A stretch of 52,768 bases of DNA. Source: a virus. Taxonomy: Duplodnaviria; Caudoviricetes. The DNA lies in the IMG/VR virus record IMGVR_UViG_3300006919_000075, positions 1 to 52,768 of that record. One strand, written 5' to 3'. Shown piece after piece: positions 26,063-36,193 of this stretch. A program made the translations under genes and the position numbers. Under the pieces are notes generated by a model. The model saw only the letters and a list, made by a program, of their open reading frames with translations. It was not told the origin of the DNA and ran no database searches. Position 1 is the first letter of the stretch; every line of letters starts with the position of its first letter.

Positions 26063-28206
26063 ATGAAAGTGGTAGCCTACCGAACACGCGGGTGGCAGAT
26101 CCAGTCGCAGCTCGTCGCATTGCCGAGGATATCATCGACAACAACCAACGTCGTCTCGAACGCAATCAAAAAGTCAAAGGGCTCGTCGATGGGAACCCTC
26201 CTTATTCAGGGAGTAAGCTGAAGAAGGCGGGGCAGAGTTATCGGTCCAACTTCAATTCAGGGCAGGCGTTATCATTTTTGCAAACGTCACTCACGGCTTA
26301 TTATGACCTCTTTTCCGAAGTATCAAACTACGCAACCGTTGTCTGCGACACGGGGAATTCGGAGCAAGATTCTAACTGGAGTCGAATCCTTACTGAGGAA
26401 TTTGATAAGCTTCAGCGTGAGGATCCTTGTTTGGACTATGGTATTCAGCTTAGCCAGCATGATATGGTGCTTTACGGTTCTGGTCCGGTTATTTGGGAGA
26501 GGGAAGACGACTGGGTAACCTACCCACGAAAGCATGACCGCGTCATGCTGGATAACAACGAACCCTCTGATATCATGCGCTGGACGAAGTGCGTTGTTCG
26601 CGAGGTGTTCACTCCAGCCGATCTGTATCGATACATCAATAACGAGTCCGCCGCGAGGAAACGCGGGTGGGATGTCGATGCGGTGAAGAAATCCATTCTC
26701 CGCGCCACTAGCGAGTTCTCGACTTATCCAAAAGACTGGGATCGGACACAACAGGCGATCAGGAACAACGATCTTGAGTTCACCAACCCAGACCAAGTCA
26801 TAAATGTGGCACGATTGTATTTCAAGGAGTTCCCCTCAAAAGACAACAAGGAAGGCGGCATCTCCGAGGTGTGGATCAATTTAGATCAGGACTTCGGGTT
26901 CCTTTACCGCAGCATTCGAAAATACGACAACTGGAAGCAGCTCATTTGCCCGTTCATGATGGATCGGGGCGACGGGACTTATCACTCAATCAAAGGTCTT
27001 GGTACTCGGATGTTCCCGTTCCTGTGGACTAAGGAGCGCCTCACAAATTCCCTGGTTGATAATGCTTTCGTGATGGCGTCTCTTCACATCAAGAATCAGC
27101 AGACCGGTAACGCGACTCCCGACTCAATGGTGACGATGGGGCCATTCACGATATGGAAAAACAATTTCGAGCCGATGAACTTCAATCAGATTGGGAGTTC
27201 AATGGACGCCGCGATGTCAGTGTCCAGGGCAATGGACAACGAGCTTCAGGCGAACCTGGCACAATTCAAACCACAGACTGCTCAACCGCAGGGGAACCCC
27301 AGGACCGCATTCGAAGTAGCCTCGACGGTAAACCAGCAGTCGGTCCTTACCAAGACTGGGATCCAGCGATTCTACGAGCAGTTAGATGACTGGTATGCGG
27401 AACGGTTCCGCAGAGCGACCCGAGGCAAGCTGAATACGTTCAGTTCAACCGCTTTGGCCGCTAAGGAATTCAGGAAACGCCTCGTGGAGCTTGGGGTTCC
27501 AGTCGAGGCTACATCCAAGTGTAAAGTCACCGCTACACGGACCATCGGTCAAGGGAGCCATTTTCTGCGGACGAACACATTGCAGCAGCTCCTCGGCACA
27601 ATCGGTGCCACTCTCCCAGAGGGTGGCAAGGTCAACCTGTTGGATGACTACATCGCCGCTTCTGCGGGTTATGCGGTTGTCGATCGATACAATCCTAAGA
27701 ATCGAAAGGCGACGACCTTACAAGATCACGAATGGGATGCGATGCAGGAGAACAGCACGATGCGGGTTGGTGGCGAGGTGATCGTGACCGATACTCAGAA
27801 CGATGTGGTCCACATTAGCGTCCACCTTACATCAGTAGCCGAGGGCATGGCAGCGGGGCAGAACATGCAGGAAGTCGTTGCCTACGCAATGTCGGTCATG
27901 CCCCATACCATGGAGCATTTACAGCGGTTGGCGGCAGACCCTCTAAGACAAGCCGAGTTCGCCGCGCTAAACGAACGTTTTTCTGCGACCCAAGATCAGC
28001 TCGACGAGCTGGTGCCTTCGCTCGAACAGCAGCAACAGGCCGAAGCGATTCAACAAGGAACGGATCCAGCAACCCAGCTTGAGACGGCTAAGGCGGAGCA
28101 TCAGATGCGGCTAAATGAAGCCAAGACAGCGGCTGATATTGAGATGAATCGGCGCAGAACCGACAGCCAGATCGAGGCGATGCAGCGGCAGTCCACCGCT
28201 AAATAA
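26041..28206 (+). CDS. Portal protein
   Basis: 721 aa after TerL; YGSG, RTAFEV (cf. portal TATEV) and a Q-rich C-terminal barrel. Confidence 0.75.
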   Translation: MDDLLNINESGSLPNTRVADPVAARRIAEDIIDNNQRRLERNQKVKGLVDGNPPYSGSKLKKAGQSYRSNFNSGQALSFLQTSLTAYYDLFSEVSNYATVVCDTGNSEQDSNWSRILTEEFDKLQREDPCLDYGIQLSQHDMVLYGSGPVIWEREDDWVTYPRKHDRVMLDNNEPSDIMRWTKCVVREVFTPADLYRYINNESAARKRGWDVDAVKKSILRATSEFSTYPKDWDRTQQAIRNNDLEFTNPDQVINVARLYFKEFPSKDNKEGGISEVWINLDQDFGFLYRSIRKYDNWKQLICPFMMDRGDGTYHSIKGLGTRMFPFLWTKERLTNSLVDNAFVMASLHIKNQQTGNATPDSMVTMGPFTIWKNNFEPMNFNQIGSSMDAAMSVSRAMDNELQANLAQFKPQTAQPQGNPRTAFEVASTVNQQSVLTKTGIQRFYEQLDDWYAERFRRATRGKLNTFSSTALAAKEFRKRLVELGVPVEATSKCKVTATRTIGQGSHFLRTNTLQQLLGTIGATLPEGGKVNLLDDYIAASAGYAVVDRYNPKNRKATTLQDHEWDAMQENSTMRVGGEVIVTDTQNDVVHISVHLTSVAEGMAAGQNMQEVVAYAMSVMPHTMEHLQRLAADPLRQAEFAALNERFSATQDQLDELVPSLEQQQQAEAIQQGTDPATQLETAKAEHQMRLNEAKTAADIEMNRRRTDSQIEAMQRQSTAK

Positions 28207-28243
28207 ATAGGTTTGACATAGCGGCAATGTTGGGGCGAGGGTC

Positions 28244-28252
28244 TGTCAGACG
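28244..28252. promoter_or_regulatory. Imperfect copy of the TGTC-W-GACA palindrome (TGTCAGACG)
   Basis: Abuts ATG 28253; TTGACA at 28213. Confidence 0.4.
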
Positions 28253-29203
28253 ATGGATCCTTTATACTCGATCATATACCCTACCAGTCGAAAGATTCCA
28301 CATCTCGACTGGTTCCTCGATTCTCTCCAGAAACAAGCTTCCGATGAGGAACTGAGAAGAGTTCAGTTGATCGTAGTCGACCGCTTTTCGCAGGAGAACG
28401 GGCGATACAATTGGTTCGTTCAACACAAGGGACTCGATAAGTTCCACTCGGTTGTCCGCACACCTGTGAAGCCTTGCACGATCAGCGGCAAGTATCGTCT
28501 GACCAGCAAAGATTGGTTCGCGGCCTCCGCCTTTCGAAACACTGGAATCCTTCTGGCCGATGCCGACCATCTTGTTTTCGTGGACGACTTGTCGATAGTA
28601 ACACCGGGATGGTGGGATTCGGTTAAAAAATCACGCGAGCAGCAGAAGGTTTACTTCGGCACATACGCCAAACATCGCAAGATGATCGTCAAGGACGGCG
28701 AGATCGTGTCGTCGGACCCGTGGCCCGGAGGTGCTGACACGCGGCTGCAGATTAGCGCCGAGACTCGTGTCTGCACGGGTAGCTGGATGTTCGGCTGCAG
28801 CGTGGCGGTGCCGACTGAAGCGATGCTTCAGATAAACGGCTTCGATGAAGATGCCGACACCATGGGCGGGGAGGATTATGCTGCAGGCATGATGCTGGAG
28901 CGGCGCGGTTGGGAATGCGTTTTTTGCGTCGAGATGAAGACCATCGAGAGTGATGAAGACCACGAGGTCGGAGAAGTTCTTCCTCGACTCATCAAAGAGC
29001 ACCCAGACCCGAATCAGAAAGATTTCAGTCACATCTATCTAGAATGGATCAAGTCCGGTCAGCGAGACACCGCGGCTTTCTATAACAACCGTGGTCTATC
29101 TCTTCGAGATGCGCGTAAGCAAGTTAGGAAAACCAGAACTCTGCCAGAATGTTCGATCCCGGAGCATGACTGGCGCGACGGGCAACCCTTCTCGGAAATG
29201 TGA
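28253..29203 (+). CDS. GT-A fold glycosyltransferase (GT2/GT7-like)
   Basis: SIIYPT, LIVVD, RNTGI...LVFVDD, INGFDE...GGED. Confidence 0.88.
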   Translation: MDPLYSIIYPTSRKIPHLDWFLDSLQKQASDEELRRVQLIVVDRFSQENGRYNWFVQHKGLDKFHSVVRTPVKPCTISGKYRLTSKDWFAASAFRNTGILLADADHLVFVDDLSIVTPGWWDSVKKSREQQKVYFGTYAKHRKMIVKDGEIVSSDPWPGGADTRLQISAETRVCTGSWMFGCSVAVPTEAMLQINGFDEDADTMGGEDYAAGMMLERRGWECVFCVEMKTIESDEDHEVGEVLPRLIKEHPDPNQKDFSHIYLEWIKSGQRDTAAFYNNRGLSLRDARKQVRKTRTLPECSIPEHDWRDGQPFSEM

Positions 29204-29206
29204 TTT

Positions 29207-29830
29207 ATGGACTATAAAGCAAAACTGTTACAAACCCTACCGACCATGGACGGTTGGTGTGATCCGGCAAAAGCGAATCATGCCTTCGATATGGTGGTGG
29301 CGAAAGACCCGTCGTTAATAGTCGAGATAGGTGTGTTTGCTGGACGCAGCTTGATTGCTTTTGCGCTGGGGCTAGAGCAAGTCGGACGAGAGGGGACGGT
29401 TGTCTACGGGGTCGATCCCTGGGCGGCTTCGGATGCCATCTGTAACAACGAGGGTGAAGCTGTCACGACAGAGTGGTGGAATAACGTGGACTACAACCGC
29501 ATGAAGCTGCAGTGTCAGAGCGTCGTCAACCAGCTTGGTGTCACCGATCGAGTTCGCCTAGTTCAAAAGTCGTCTGTCGAAGCTTACGCCGACATACCGG
29601 GGGAGATCAACATGCTCCATATCGATGGTAACCACTCCCAGTGGGATAGTTGCCGCGACGTCACCGTCTGGGTAGACCGCGTGAAGACGGGCGGGATTAT
29701 CTATCTCGATGACGAGGACTGGGCTTCGACGAAAAACGCTCAGGAATTGTTAGAGCTAAAGTGTAAAAAACTTGGCGTCATTAAATCGACAAACGAATGC
29801 GGGTTCTACGAAAAGCTTGGTCCACTCTAA
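29207..29830 (+). CDS. Class I SAM methyltransferase (Methyltransf_24-like)
   Basis: VEIGVFAGRS, YGVDPW, LHIDGNHS, GGIIYLDD. Confidence 0.9.
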   Translation: MDYKAKLLQTLPTMDGWCDPAKANHAFDMVVAKDPSLIVEIGVFAGRSLIAFALGLEQVGREGTVVYGVDPWAASDAICNNEGEAVTTEWWNNVDYNRMKLQCQSVVNQLGVTDRVRLVQKSSVEAYADIPGEINMLHIDGNHSQWDSCRDVTVWVDRVKTGGIIYLDDEDWASTKNAQELLELKCKKLGVIKSTNECGFYEKLGPL

Positions 29831-29841
29831 GGAAGTTCTTT

Positions 29842-31200
29842 ATGGCATCTCCTTCTAAACAGCTATACCTCGACATGGACAGTAAGTTGAAGTCGTTTCA
29901 AGACGACCTCGGTAGTCGGGCTACTTCCATCAACGAGGCGATCGAGGAGATCAACGTGCACTTGGAAGAGTTCCGAAGGATCCAGGACAAAAATAACCTG
30001 TCGGTTGATAAGATCATGCGTCAATTCGAGCAGGATATTCCCCGGTTCGAAGACCAAACCAATTTCGAATGCGGCATCTTTCCTTTGCCCTACGGCGAAG
30101 ACAACCGGCTCTACTTCAATCCGACTGTTGTGGAGGTGAAAGGTGAGCGGTGGTTGATTACGCGAAACTGCCAGATCGATCCACACAAGCCGCCGCCATA
30201 CAACAGCTTTTCCAAGCTGACGCGATACAAGATCATAAGCGACAACGAGCTCGGTCCAGGGATCGACATCAAGTTGCCACTTGGCAATTCGAAATTGGAA
30301 CAGTGGGAAGACCCCCGTATCTTCAATTCCGGAAACAAATTGTGGCTCACCTGCACGAACTTCATCCAGCGCAAGACCTACGCGCATCAAACGATGGCGG
30401 TGCTCGATTTGGATTGGAATATCCTGGGCATCAATCATCCGGTCTACGGAAATAACGGGCACGATCTGTGGGCGAATAAAGGCCACGAGAAGAACTGGAC
30501 TTGGTTCCTTCACGAGAACGAGGTCTACATGATCTACAACATCGAACCGCATACCGTTGTCAGATGCGACTCCGCCGCGAGTCCTGTAGAGACTTTAGAA
30601 ACGCAGCTTGAAAAGGACATCTGGTTCTACGGACAGCGTAGGGGCGGCTCAAACCCGATTCGAATCGGAGACGAATACTTTGCGTTCTTCCATAGCTCAA
30701 CGCCATGGTGGAATGGTAGGCGACGGTATTACATGGGGGCTTACGCCTTCGAGGCGAAGCCACCGTTTCGAATCACCAGATCTTCCACGATCCCGATGCT
30801 GTATGGCAGTGCTCACAACCGGCGAGTTCTAGAGTTCCCGTTGGTTATTTTTCCTGGTGGGAGTCTTTACGACGCAGAAAAACAAGAGCACTTCGCGGTC
30901 TTCGGGGTGAACGATTTTGAATCCGGATGGATTCGAATCCCGCACAAAGACCTGCTCTCAACGATGAGAATTTATTATGATGTTGAAAAAGAAAAAGAAC
31001 GTGACGTTCCAGCTTCCGCCAGCAGAATTGCCTCAATCAAACGAGTGGCGAAGGTCACCGGAACTGACTTCGGCGATAAAGAAATACCTGAGTCTACCGG
31101 AGATGCTGGGTGCGATTTATTTGCTGCGGCGGGAGAGTCCAAAGCAGTTGATCCACCTCCCGCTAAACGCTCCAGAAAACGAGCAGCTAAGGCTAGCTAG
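29842..31200 (+). CDS. Beta-propeller glycosidase/phosphorylase-like protein (GH130/GH43 clan-like)
   Basis: FNP, EDPR, EKNW, RGG, FH, VIFP...FGVND motifs; start uncertain (29797 or 29842). Confidence 0.8.
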   Translation: MASPSKQLYLDMDSKLKSFQDDLGSRATSINEAIEEINVHLEEFRRIQDKNNLSVDKIMRQFEQDIPRFEDQTNFECGIFPLPYGEDNRLYFNPTVVEVKGERWLITRNCQIDPHKPPPYNSFSKLTRYKIISDNELGPGIDIKLPLGNSKLEQWEDPRIFNSGNKLWLTCTNFIQRKTYAHQTMAVLDLDWNILGINHPVYGNNGHDLWANKGHEKNWTWFLHENEVYMIYNIEPHTVVRCDSAASPVETLETQLEKDIWFYGQRRGGSNPIRIGDEYFAFFHSSTPWWNGRRRYYMGAYAFEAKPPFRITRSSTIPMLYGSAHNRRVLEFPLVIFPGGSLYDAEKQEHFAVFGVNDFESGWIRIPHKDLLSTMRIYYDVEKEKERDVPASASRIASIKRVAKVTGTDFGDKEIPESTGDAGCDLFAAAGESKAVDPPPAKRSRKRAAKAS

Positions 31201-31294
31201 CATGGAGGATGGCTATTATCTGTGCCTTAACAAGCTCTTGTCGTTAGCAGAAATTGACGAGAGCCAACCCGAAATTGAAGCGACCTTTGAATGA
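30977..31294 (+). CDS. Hypothetical protein preceding the scaffold gene, overlapping the glycosidase 3' end
   Basis: 105-aa helical ORF ending GYYLCLNKLLSLA...; its stop lies just upstream of the scaffold start. Confidence 0.55.
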   Translation: MMLKKKKNVTFQLPPAELPQSNEWRRSPELTSAIKKYLSLPEMLGAIYLLRRESPKQLIHLPLNAPENEQLRLASMEDGYYLCLNKLLSLAEIDESQPEIEATFE

Positions 31295-31296
31295 TT

Positions 31297-32388
31297 ATGA
31301 GTGAACAAGAAAACCAAGAACCACAAGCACCAACGAGTTTTGTCGACTCGGTCATGGCCGCGACCAGCAATGAAGCCCCCGCGCCAGAACCTCCTAAAGA
31401 GGCTCCCGCTAAAGTTGATGAGCCTGCTGCAGGCACGGTCGATCAGGAAACTGAGGCTCCTTCGACAGAAACTGAAGTAACGCAAGACAAGTCCAGCGAT
31501 CAAAATTGGAAAGCTTTGCGTGACGCCAAGAAAGCCCTAGAGGCTGACAAGCTCTCCGCGCTCGCTGAGATCGATCGATTGAAAGGCAACTTGTCGAAGT
31601 TCGATCAGGCCGAGATCGACAAGCTTCGGAGCGATTACGACTCCTTGTCTGCGGAACTCGCGACGGTCGATGCCTACCGATCGCCGGAGGTCAAGGCGGC
31701 GAAAGAGCGAGCCGAGGCCACGGCATCTGATACGGTGAAGGCGATCCGGCGACTCATACCGGAAGCGGAAGGTCTCGAAAAAGCCTTGGCGCTTCCTGCT
31801 GATCAACGAGACGCCAAGCTCGCTTCGCTGCTTGAGGAAGCGTCGCCTGCTGCCGCTGCTCGTGTCTGGACTCAAGTCGATCGGCTCGATGAAGCTCATG
31901 CCAGTGTGGACGCTCTTGCTGAATCGGCTCGCGCCAAGGGTGCTGACTGGAAAGCGGAACAGACTCAACGTCAGGAAGCCGAGCGAGCTCAACTAGCTGA
32001 GCAGACAGATCAGTTGTTCCAAGCAGGTCTCCAAGCTGCGGTGGAGGAGATGCCCGAACTCTTCAGTCTCGACGGCACCGACGAACAAAAGCAGCAGACT
32101 TCCGACCGGATCAACTACGCGAAGCAGGTGCTAACCGCTCAGATGAGCCCAGAGGAGACGGTCCAGACGGCGTTTCTCGCAGGCATCGGTAAGACTGCCC
32201 TGGTCCGAGAAAAAGCCTTCACCGCGGCTGTGGTGGAGCTTAAGAGCGCGAACGAGGAACTCCAGGCTCGAATCAGTGAACTCGAAGCCGCTGAACCCGG
32301 AGGCGGATCCTCTCCAGCAGATGGTGGTGCTCCTGAGATCAAAGCCGGGACATTCGCCGATACGATCATGTCGATGACTAGCGGATAA
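31297..32388 (+). CDS. Capsid scaffolding protein
   Basis: Acidic P/E-rich N-terminus and long coiled coil; lies between portal and capsid genes. Confidence 0.75.
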   Translation: MSEQENQEPQAPTSFVDSVMAATSNEAPAPEPPKEAPAKVDEPAAGTVDQETEAPSTETEVTQDKSSDQNWKALRDAKKALEADKLSALAEIDRLKGNLSKFDQAEIDKLRSDYDSLSAELATVDAYRSPEVKAAKERAEATASDTVKAIRRLIPEAEGLEKALALPADQRDAKLASLLEEASPAAAARVWTQVDRLDEAHASVDALAESARAKGADWKAEQTQRQEAERAQLAEQTDQLFQAGLQAAVEEMPELFSLDGTDEQKQQTSDRINYAKQVLTAQMSPEETVQTAFLAGIGKTALVREKAFTAAVVELKSANEELQARISELEAAEPGGGSSPADGGAPEIKAGTFADTIMSMTSG

Positions 32389-32394
32389 TCGGTA

Positions 32395-32424
32395 TTGCAA
32401 AGCGTTCGCAAAATGGTTTAGTAT
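32395..32424 (+). promoter_or_regulatory. Sigma70-like promoter for the capsid gene
   Basis: TTGCAA-18 nt-TAGTAT in a 140-nt intergenic gap. Confidence 0.5.
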
Positions 32425-32528
32425 CGCGGCTGGACGTATTGAGAAGTCGTTCATCTCGATAGGCGATCTTAGCCCTGGGTTCGCCGCCAGTGCGCGATAC
32501 TAAATCTTTAATTTGCTAGAGAACGCTT

Positions 32529-33740
32529 ATGGCTTGCGAGAATGTCTATGACGCCTTCAAAGTGGCGTCCGAACACCTTGGCCCGGAACTATACCGAAGG
32601 GCCACATTTGACTCCATCTGGAGTAACCTCATCCCGCGTGGAGAGTTTCCCAAACATGTCGGACTGACAAAGTCTGTCTTTGAACTGGGGAATGCCTATC
32701 CGACGACGGACGAACGGTCATGGGACGCCTACACTAATGCGACCGGATCGAATGCCGGGGCTTGTGCCTACAACTTTACAGACTATACCGTTGGATTTGA
32801 CGAGCTGACCTACAGCCCGACGCACTTCCAACTACGTGGGCCTGTTCTGTGTAAGGACGAGCTCAACTTCTCTCACCTGGCTCCTGAGTTCTTGAACGGT
32901 TATGTTGAAGAGCTCACCAAGCTCACGAAAGCTGAGTTGGACAACAAGCTGTGCAAGGAATACTACGATCTCACGCCGAAGGCAGTGATGACCGCGTCGT
33001 TCCCAATCACTGCAGCCGGTGCTCCATTGACGGCTCTTCCGGAAGCAACGAGTGATCTGACCCAGGAAGCCCTCGACAAAACCTACGTCCACCTTATCCA
33101 CAAGCGTGCATCGAACCCAGATTCGTCTGGATTTGTCAGCTTGGACAACGGTGGTCCGCTGTTTTCCCTATATCTCGGCATGGAGGCATCTCAATCAATC
33201 ATCCTGAACAACTCTGAGTTCCGAAAGGATCTCCGAGAAGGCCAGATGAACGATGAGTTGTTCCGCAGATTGGGTGCGAACACCGCGATCAAGGGATTCC
33301 GGCACCTCATCAACCCGCTCCCTCCTCGGTTCACCTTCTCCGGTGGAACCTACACGCGCGTCAACACCTTCGCTGACGTGAGTGGAACGAAGGGAACTTA
33401 CCAGGACATCAACCCTGCGTATCTCGACGAATCTAGCGCCCCTTACGAGGCAGCATTCATCTTGAGTCCGCACGTCATGAACTGGGATTGGGTTCGCCCC
33501 GATAACCAGGTCGGAAACACTCGTTGGGAACCCATGAGTTACATGGGTGACTGGAAGTTTGTCACGGGCGACGAAGCCTGCGCGAACGACGGCACTGGTT
33601 ACGATCCATTCCACAAGTATGGACGTCACATCGCGGAGCTCTCCGGAGCCGCGAAACCCGCAGCAAACCGCGAAGCCGGTTTGATGATCCTCTTCAAGCG
33701 TTGCCACTTGAGCAGCTTGACGACTGTCACCTGCACATAA
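32529..33740 (+). CDS. Major capsid protein
   Basis: 403 aa following the scaffold gene, with its own promoter and a downstream hairpin; positional inference. Confidence 0.75.
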   Translation: MACENVYDAFKVASEHLGPELYRRATFDSIWSNLIPRGEFPKHVGLTKSVFELGNAYPTTDERSWDAYTNATGSNAGACAYNFTDYTVGFDELTYSPTHFQLRGPVLCKDELNFSHLAPEFLNGYVEELTKLTKAELDNKLCKEYYDLTPKAVMTASFPITAAGAPLTALPEATSDLTQEALDKTYVHLIHKRASNPDSSGFVSLDNGGPLFSLYLGMEASQSIILNNSEFRKDLREGQMNDELFRRLGANTAIKGFRHLINPLPPRFTFSGGTYTRVNTFADVSGTKGTYQDINPAYLDESSAPYEAAFILSPHVMNWDWVRPDNQVGNTRWEPMSYMGDWKFVTGDEACANDGTGYDPFHKYGRHIAELSGAAKPAANREAGLMILFKRCHLSSLTTVTCT

Positions 33741-33750
33741 TCCTTAACAT

Positions 33751-33792
33751 GAGAGGGGCCTTCCTCGGAGGGCCTCTCTCCCTTTACTTCTT
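33751..33792 (+). terminator. Intrinsic terminator after the capsid gene
   Basis: GAGAGGGGCCTTC-ctcg-GAGGGCCTCTCTC followed by a pyrimidine/T-rich tail. Confidence 0.7.
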
Positions 33793-34113
33793 ATGGACAT
33801 CAACTCTAGACTTTACCGAGACAATCGAGTCACCCTCAATGATCCAGATTCTGTCGTAGCCAAGAAGATGGCTATGGAGCGTGAACAGTCCATGGGGAAA
33901 CATGGATTCGATTGGATCAACGACACTGACCCTCACAGTGGTCCATACTGTGCGCTTCAGACTACCGAGGCTACAATCATTTCAACAATCACTGGTGAGC
34001 AGATCAGTGGTTCGACTGTCACTTTACCCGCAGGATTTCTGCTGATGGGCCATATCACTTCTTTCACTCTGTCTAGTGGAGCTGTGGTCGCATACAAGTC
34101 ATTGAGCTTATAG
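33793..34113 (+). CDS. Putative virion protein
   Basis: TLPAG...G.ITSFTLSSGAVVAY C-terminus common in small phage structural proteins. Confidence 0.6.
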   Translation: MDINSRLYRDNRVTLNDPDSVVAKKMAMEREQSMGKHGFDWINDTDPHSGPYCALQTTEATIISTITGEQISGSTVTLPAGFLLMGHITSFTLSSGAVVAYKSLSL

Positions 34114-34117
34114 ACTC

Positions 34118-34348
34118 ATGCAACTTGCATTTGAAATCAGCCTAGTTGGAAACGCCGCACACGGCAAAGGGTCGATCTATCCGTTCGATCCTTATGACTG
34201 GGTTGATGATGCAGCCGATCAAATCATCGACGATTTAGGGAACCAACTTTGTTTCTATGATACCGAGGTTTTCGATATTGTTGATGATGCAGGAGACACA
34301 ATAATCGACGACACGTCCGATACACTAGTAATAGCTAAGGCTTACTGA
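34118..34348 (+). CDS. Acidic small protein with an internal VDDAxDxIIDD duplication
   Basis: 76 aa in operon. Confidence 0.6.
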   Translation: MQLAFEISLVGNAAHGKGSIYPFDPYDWVDDAADQIIDDLGNQLCFYDTEVFDIVDDAGDTIIDDTSDTLVIAKAY

Positions 34349-34349
34349 C

Positions 34350-35888
34350 ATGGCTACTAAACGAATCAAAGATATCACGGGGTCGACTACGACTCCTGCA
34401 TCCGACGACTATGTGGCGTTGGATGGCGTAACAAACGGAACCCGAAAGATCACCGCAGACAATTTGCTGATAGCGGCAGGCGACACGTATCTTGAAGAGG
34501 CGAACAACTTGTCCGATGTGGCGAGTGCCGCTACTTCCAGGACCAACCTCGATGTCTACTCTACAACTGAGGTGGACGATCAGACTTACACTCCAGCCGC
34601 CGTCAACGACCGCACCAACTCGCGACAGCCGAGCAATGGGGTGTATTTTGACGGAACAGCAAAGCTGGATTGCGCTAAGGCTGGCGCTACTGACCTAACG
34701 ACCGAGAGCTTCACAATCTCCACGTTGGTGAGGGTTCCTGATACAGTCTCGACAACTAACACGCTAGCAGCTACCCGCACTCTCGCAGAGGGTTTCCAGC
34801 AATTTCTACGGGCTTCTGGAGCATACGGCACGCAGATCACTGATGTCAGTGCTAATGCCGCGTCAACTGCCGATGACGGAGAGGACGTCAGGGGTCGAAC
34901 TGTTTTGCTTACATCGGTGATTGACCGAGCTGCCGACACGTTGACCCGCTACATTGACGGCGCAGTATCCACTGGCGCGGTTCTTGATACTAGTGCCGTG
35001 ACGGGGGATCTTTCTGACATTGGCACGGGAGGCTTTCACGTTGGCCACCGAAACAGTGACTTCTACCTAGACGGTGGGGAGATCTTTTCGAGCGTTCTTA
35101 TTACTCGTGCGTTGAGTGCGGCAGAAGTCCTTACATTGTACAAGCGGGGCAATATCCCAGAAATTGCAGACCAATGGGGCGGAGTTGAAATCACAAGCGG
35201 CTCCCTTGAAGTCGGCCAACGCTACCGAATCACAAACTTTCAGGCAGGGGATGATTTCACAAACGTCGGCGCGGGCTCTAACGCTAACGACGTTGAATTC
35301 GTCGCCACCGGCACAACGCCGACAACATGGACTAACTCAAGCGGTATTACCCCTATCGGTGCAGTAGTAGCCCTACTTCCTGAAAACATTGAGAGCGATG
35401 GCTCAATCGTCGACGCCAGCAGCAACGAGTTGAATGCCGTAGGCACTAATACTTCTGCGTTGCTGGTGAAGGTCACAGAAAGCGGGACTTTCACGCCTAG
35501 TCTCCTGTTGGGGGGCAGTTCTGCCGGTCAGGTCTATAACACCACGAACACGTTCGGAAACTTCAAGGTTGTCAATGACGGGGCGCACTGCCATGTGTGG
35601 GGACGGATCCAGTTCAATGGCGGGGCAGGAGATAAGGGCTCTGGAATTGGTGCCGCTGTGATGGCTGGTTTACCGAAAAACGCTGCTGCATCTGCTGCGG
35701 ACGCGATTCCAGTTTTGTTGACGATCAACAATGCCAGCGGTCTGACATCGTTGACTTGCGGCATCATCGCCCAAGGGTCAACGCAGATCACCCTGCACGA
35801 CAACGGAGCTGCCGGTTTGGTCGCTCTCCAAGAGACAAACCTTTTAGACACATCGATTGTCCGTTTCAATTTCGTTTACCCGATCTAA
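34350..35888 (+). CDS. Tail fibre / receptor-binding protein with LamG (ConA-like) domain
   Basis: NNLSDVASAATSRTNL; FDG...YIDG...RALSAAEV LamG signature; ESGTFTP C-terminal module. Confidence 0.8.
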   Translation: MATKRIKDITGSTTTPASDDYVALDGVTNGTRKITADNLLIAAGDTYLEEANNLSDVASAATSRTNLDVYSTTEVDDQTYTPAAVNDRTNSRQPSNGVYFDGTAKLDCAKAGATDLTTESFTISTLVRVPDTVSTTNTLAATRTLAEGFQQFLRASGAYGTQITDVSANAASTADDGEDVRGRTVLLTSVIDRAADTLTRYIDGAVSTGAVLDTSAVTGDLSDIGTGGFHVGHRNSDFYLDGGEIFSSVLITRALSAAEVLTLYKRGNIPEIADQWGGVEITSGSLEVGQRYRITNFQAGDDFTNVGAGSNANDVEFVATGTTPTTWTNSSGITPIGAVVALLPENIESDGSIVDASSNELNAVGTNTSALLVKVTESGTFTPSLLLGGSSAGQVYNTTNTFGNFKVVNDGAHCHVWGRIQFNGGAGDKGSGIGAAVMAGLPKNAAASAADAIPVLLTINNASGLTSLTCGIIAQGSTQITLHDNGAAGLVALQETNLLDTSIVRFNFVYPI

Positions 35889-35893
35889 GCATT

Positions 35894-36193
35894 ATGGCTA
35901 ATAAAACAGAATACGTATTAGGACTTCTCAACTCGGTTGAGTCTCAAGCTGCAAACCGGGCAGCAGGCAATGCCCTTCAGGCCGCACTCGCTCCGATCAA
36001 GGAGCGGATGCAGAACAAGAAAGCTCTCGGACTCAATCCGACTGCGGATAAAGCACCAGCAGTGATCGCAACCGTGAGAGCGGCCATCTCGGCTTTTGAG
36101 GCCAAACAGGTCATCTTAACGCCAACCGATGAGGAAATCCTGGCGGGGCTCGCTGCTGCGGAGGATGCTACGCCTACGGAGCTTGGCGATTAG
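35894..36193 (+). CDS. Hypothetical Ala-rich protein
   Basis: MANKTEYV...; start moved to ATG 35894. Confidence 0.6.
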   Translation: MANKTEYVLGLLNSVESQAANRAAGNALQAALAPIKERMQNKKALGLNPTADKAPAVIATVRAAISAFEAKQVILTPTDEEILAGLAAAEDATPTELGD

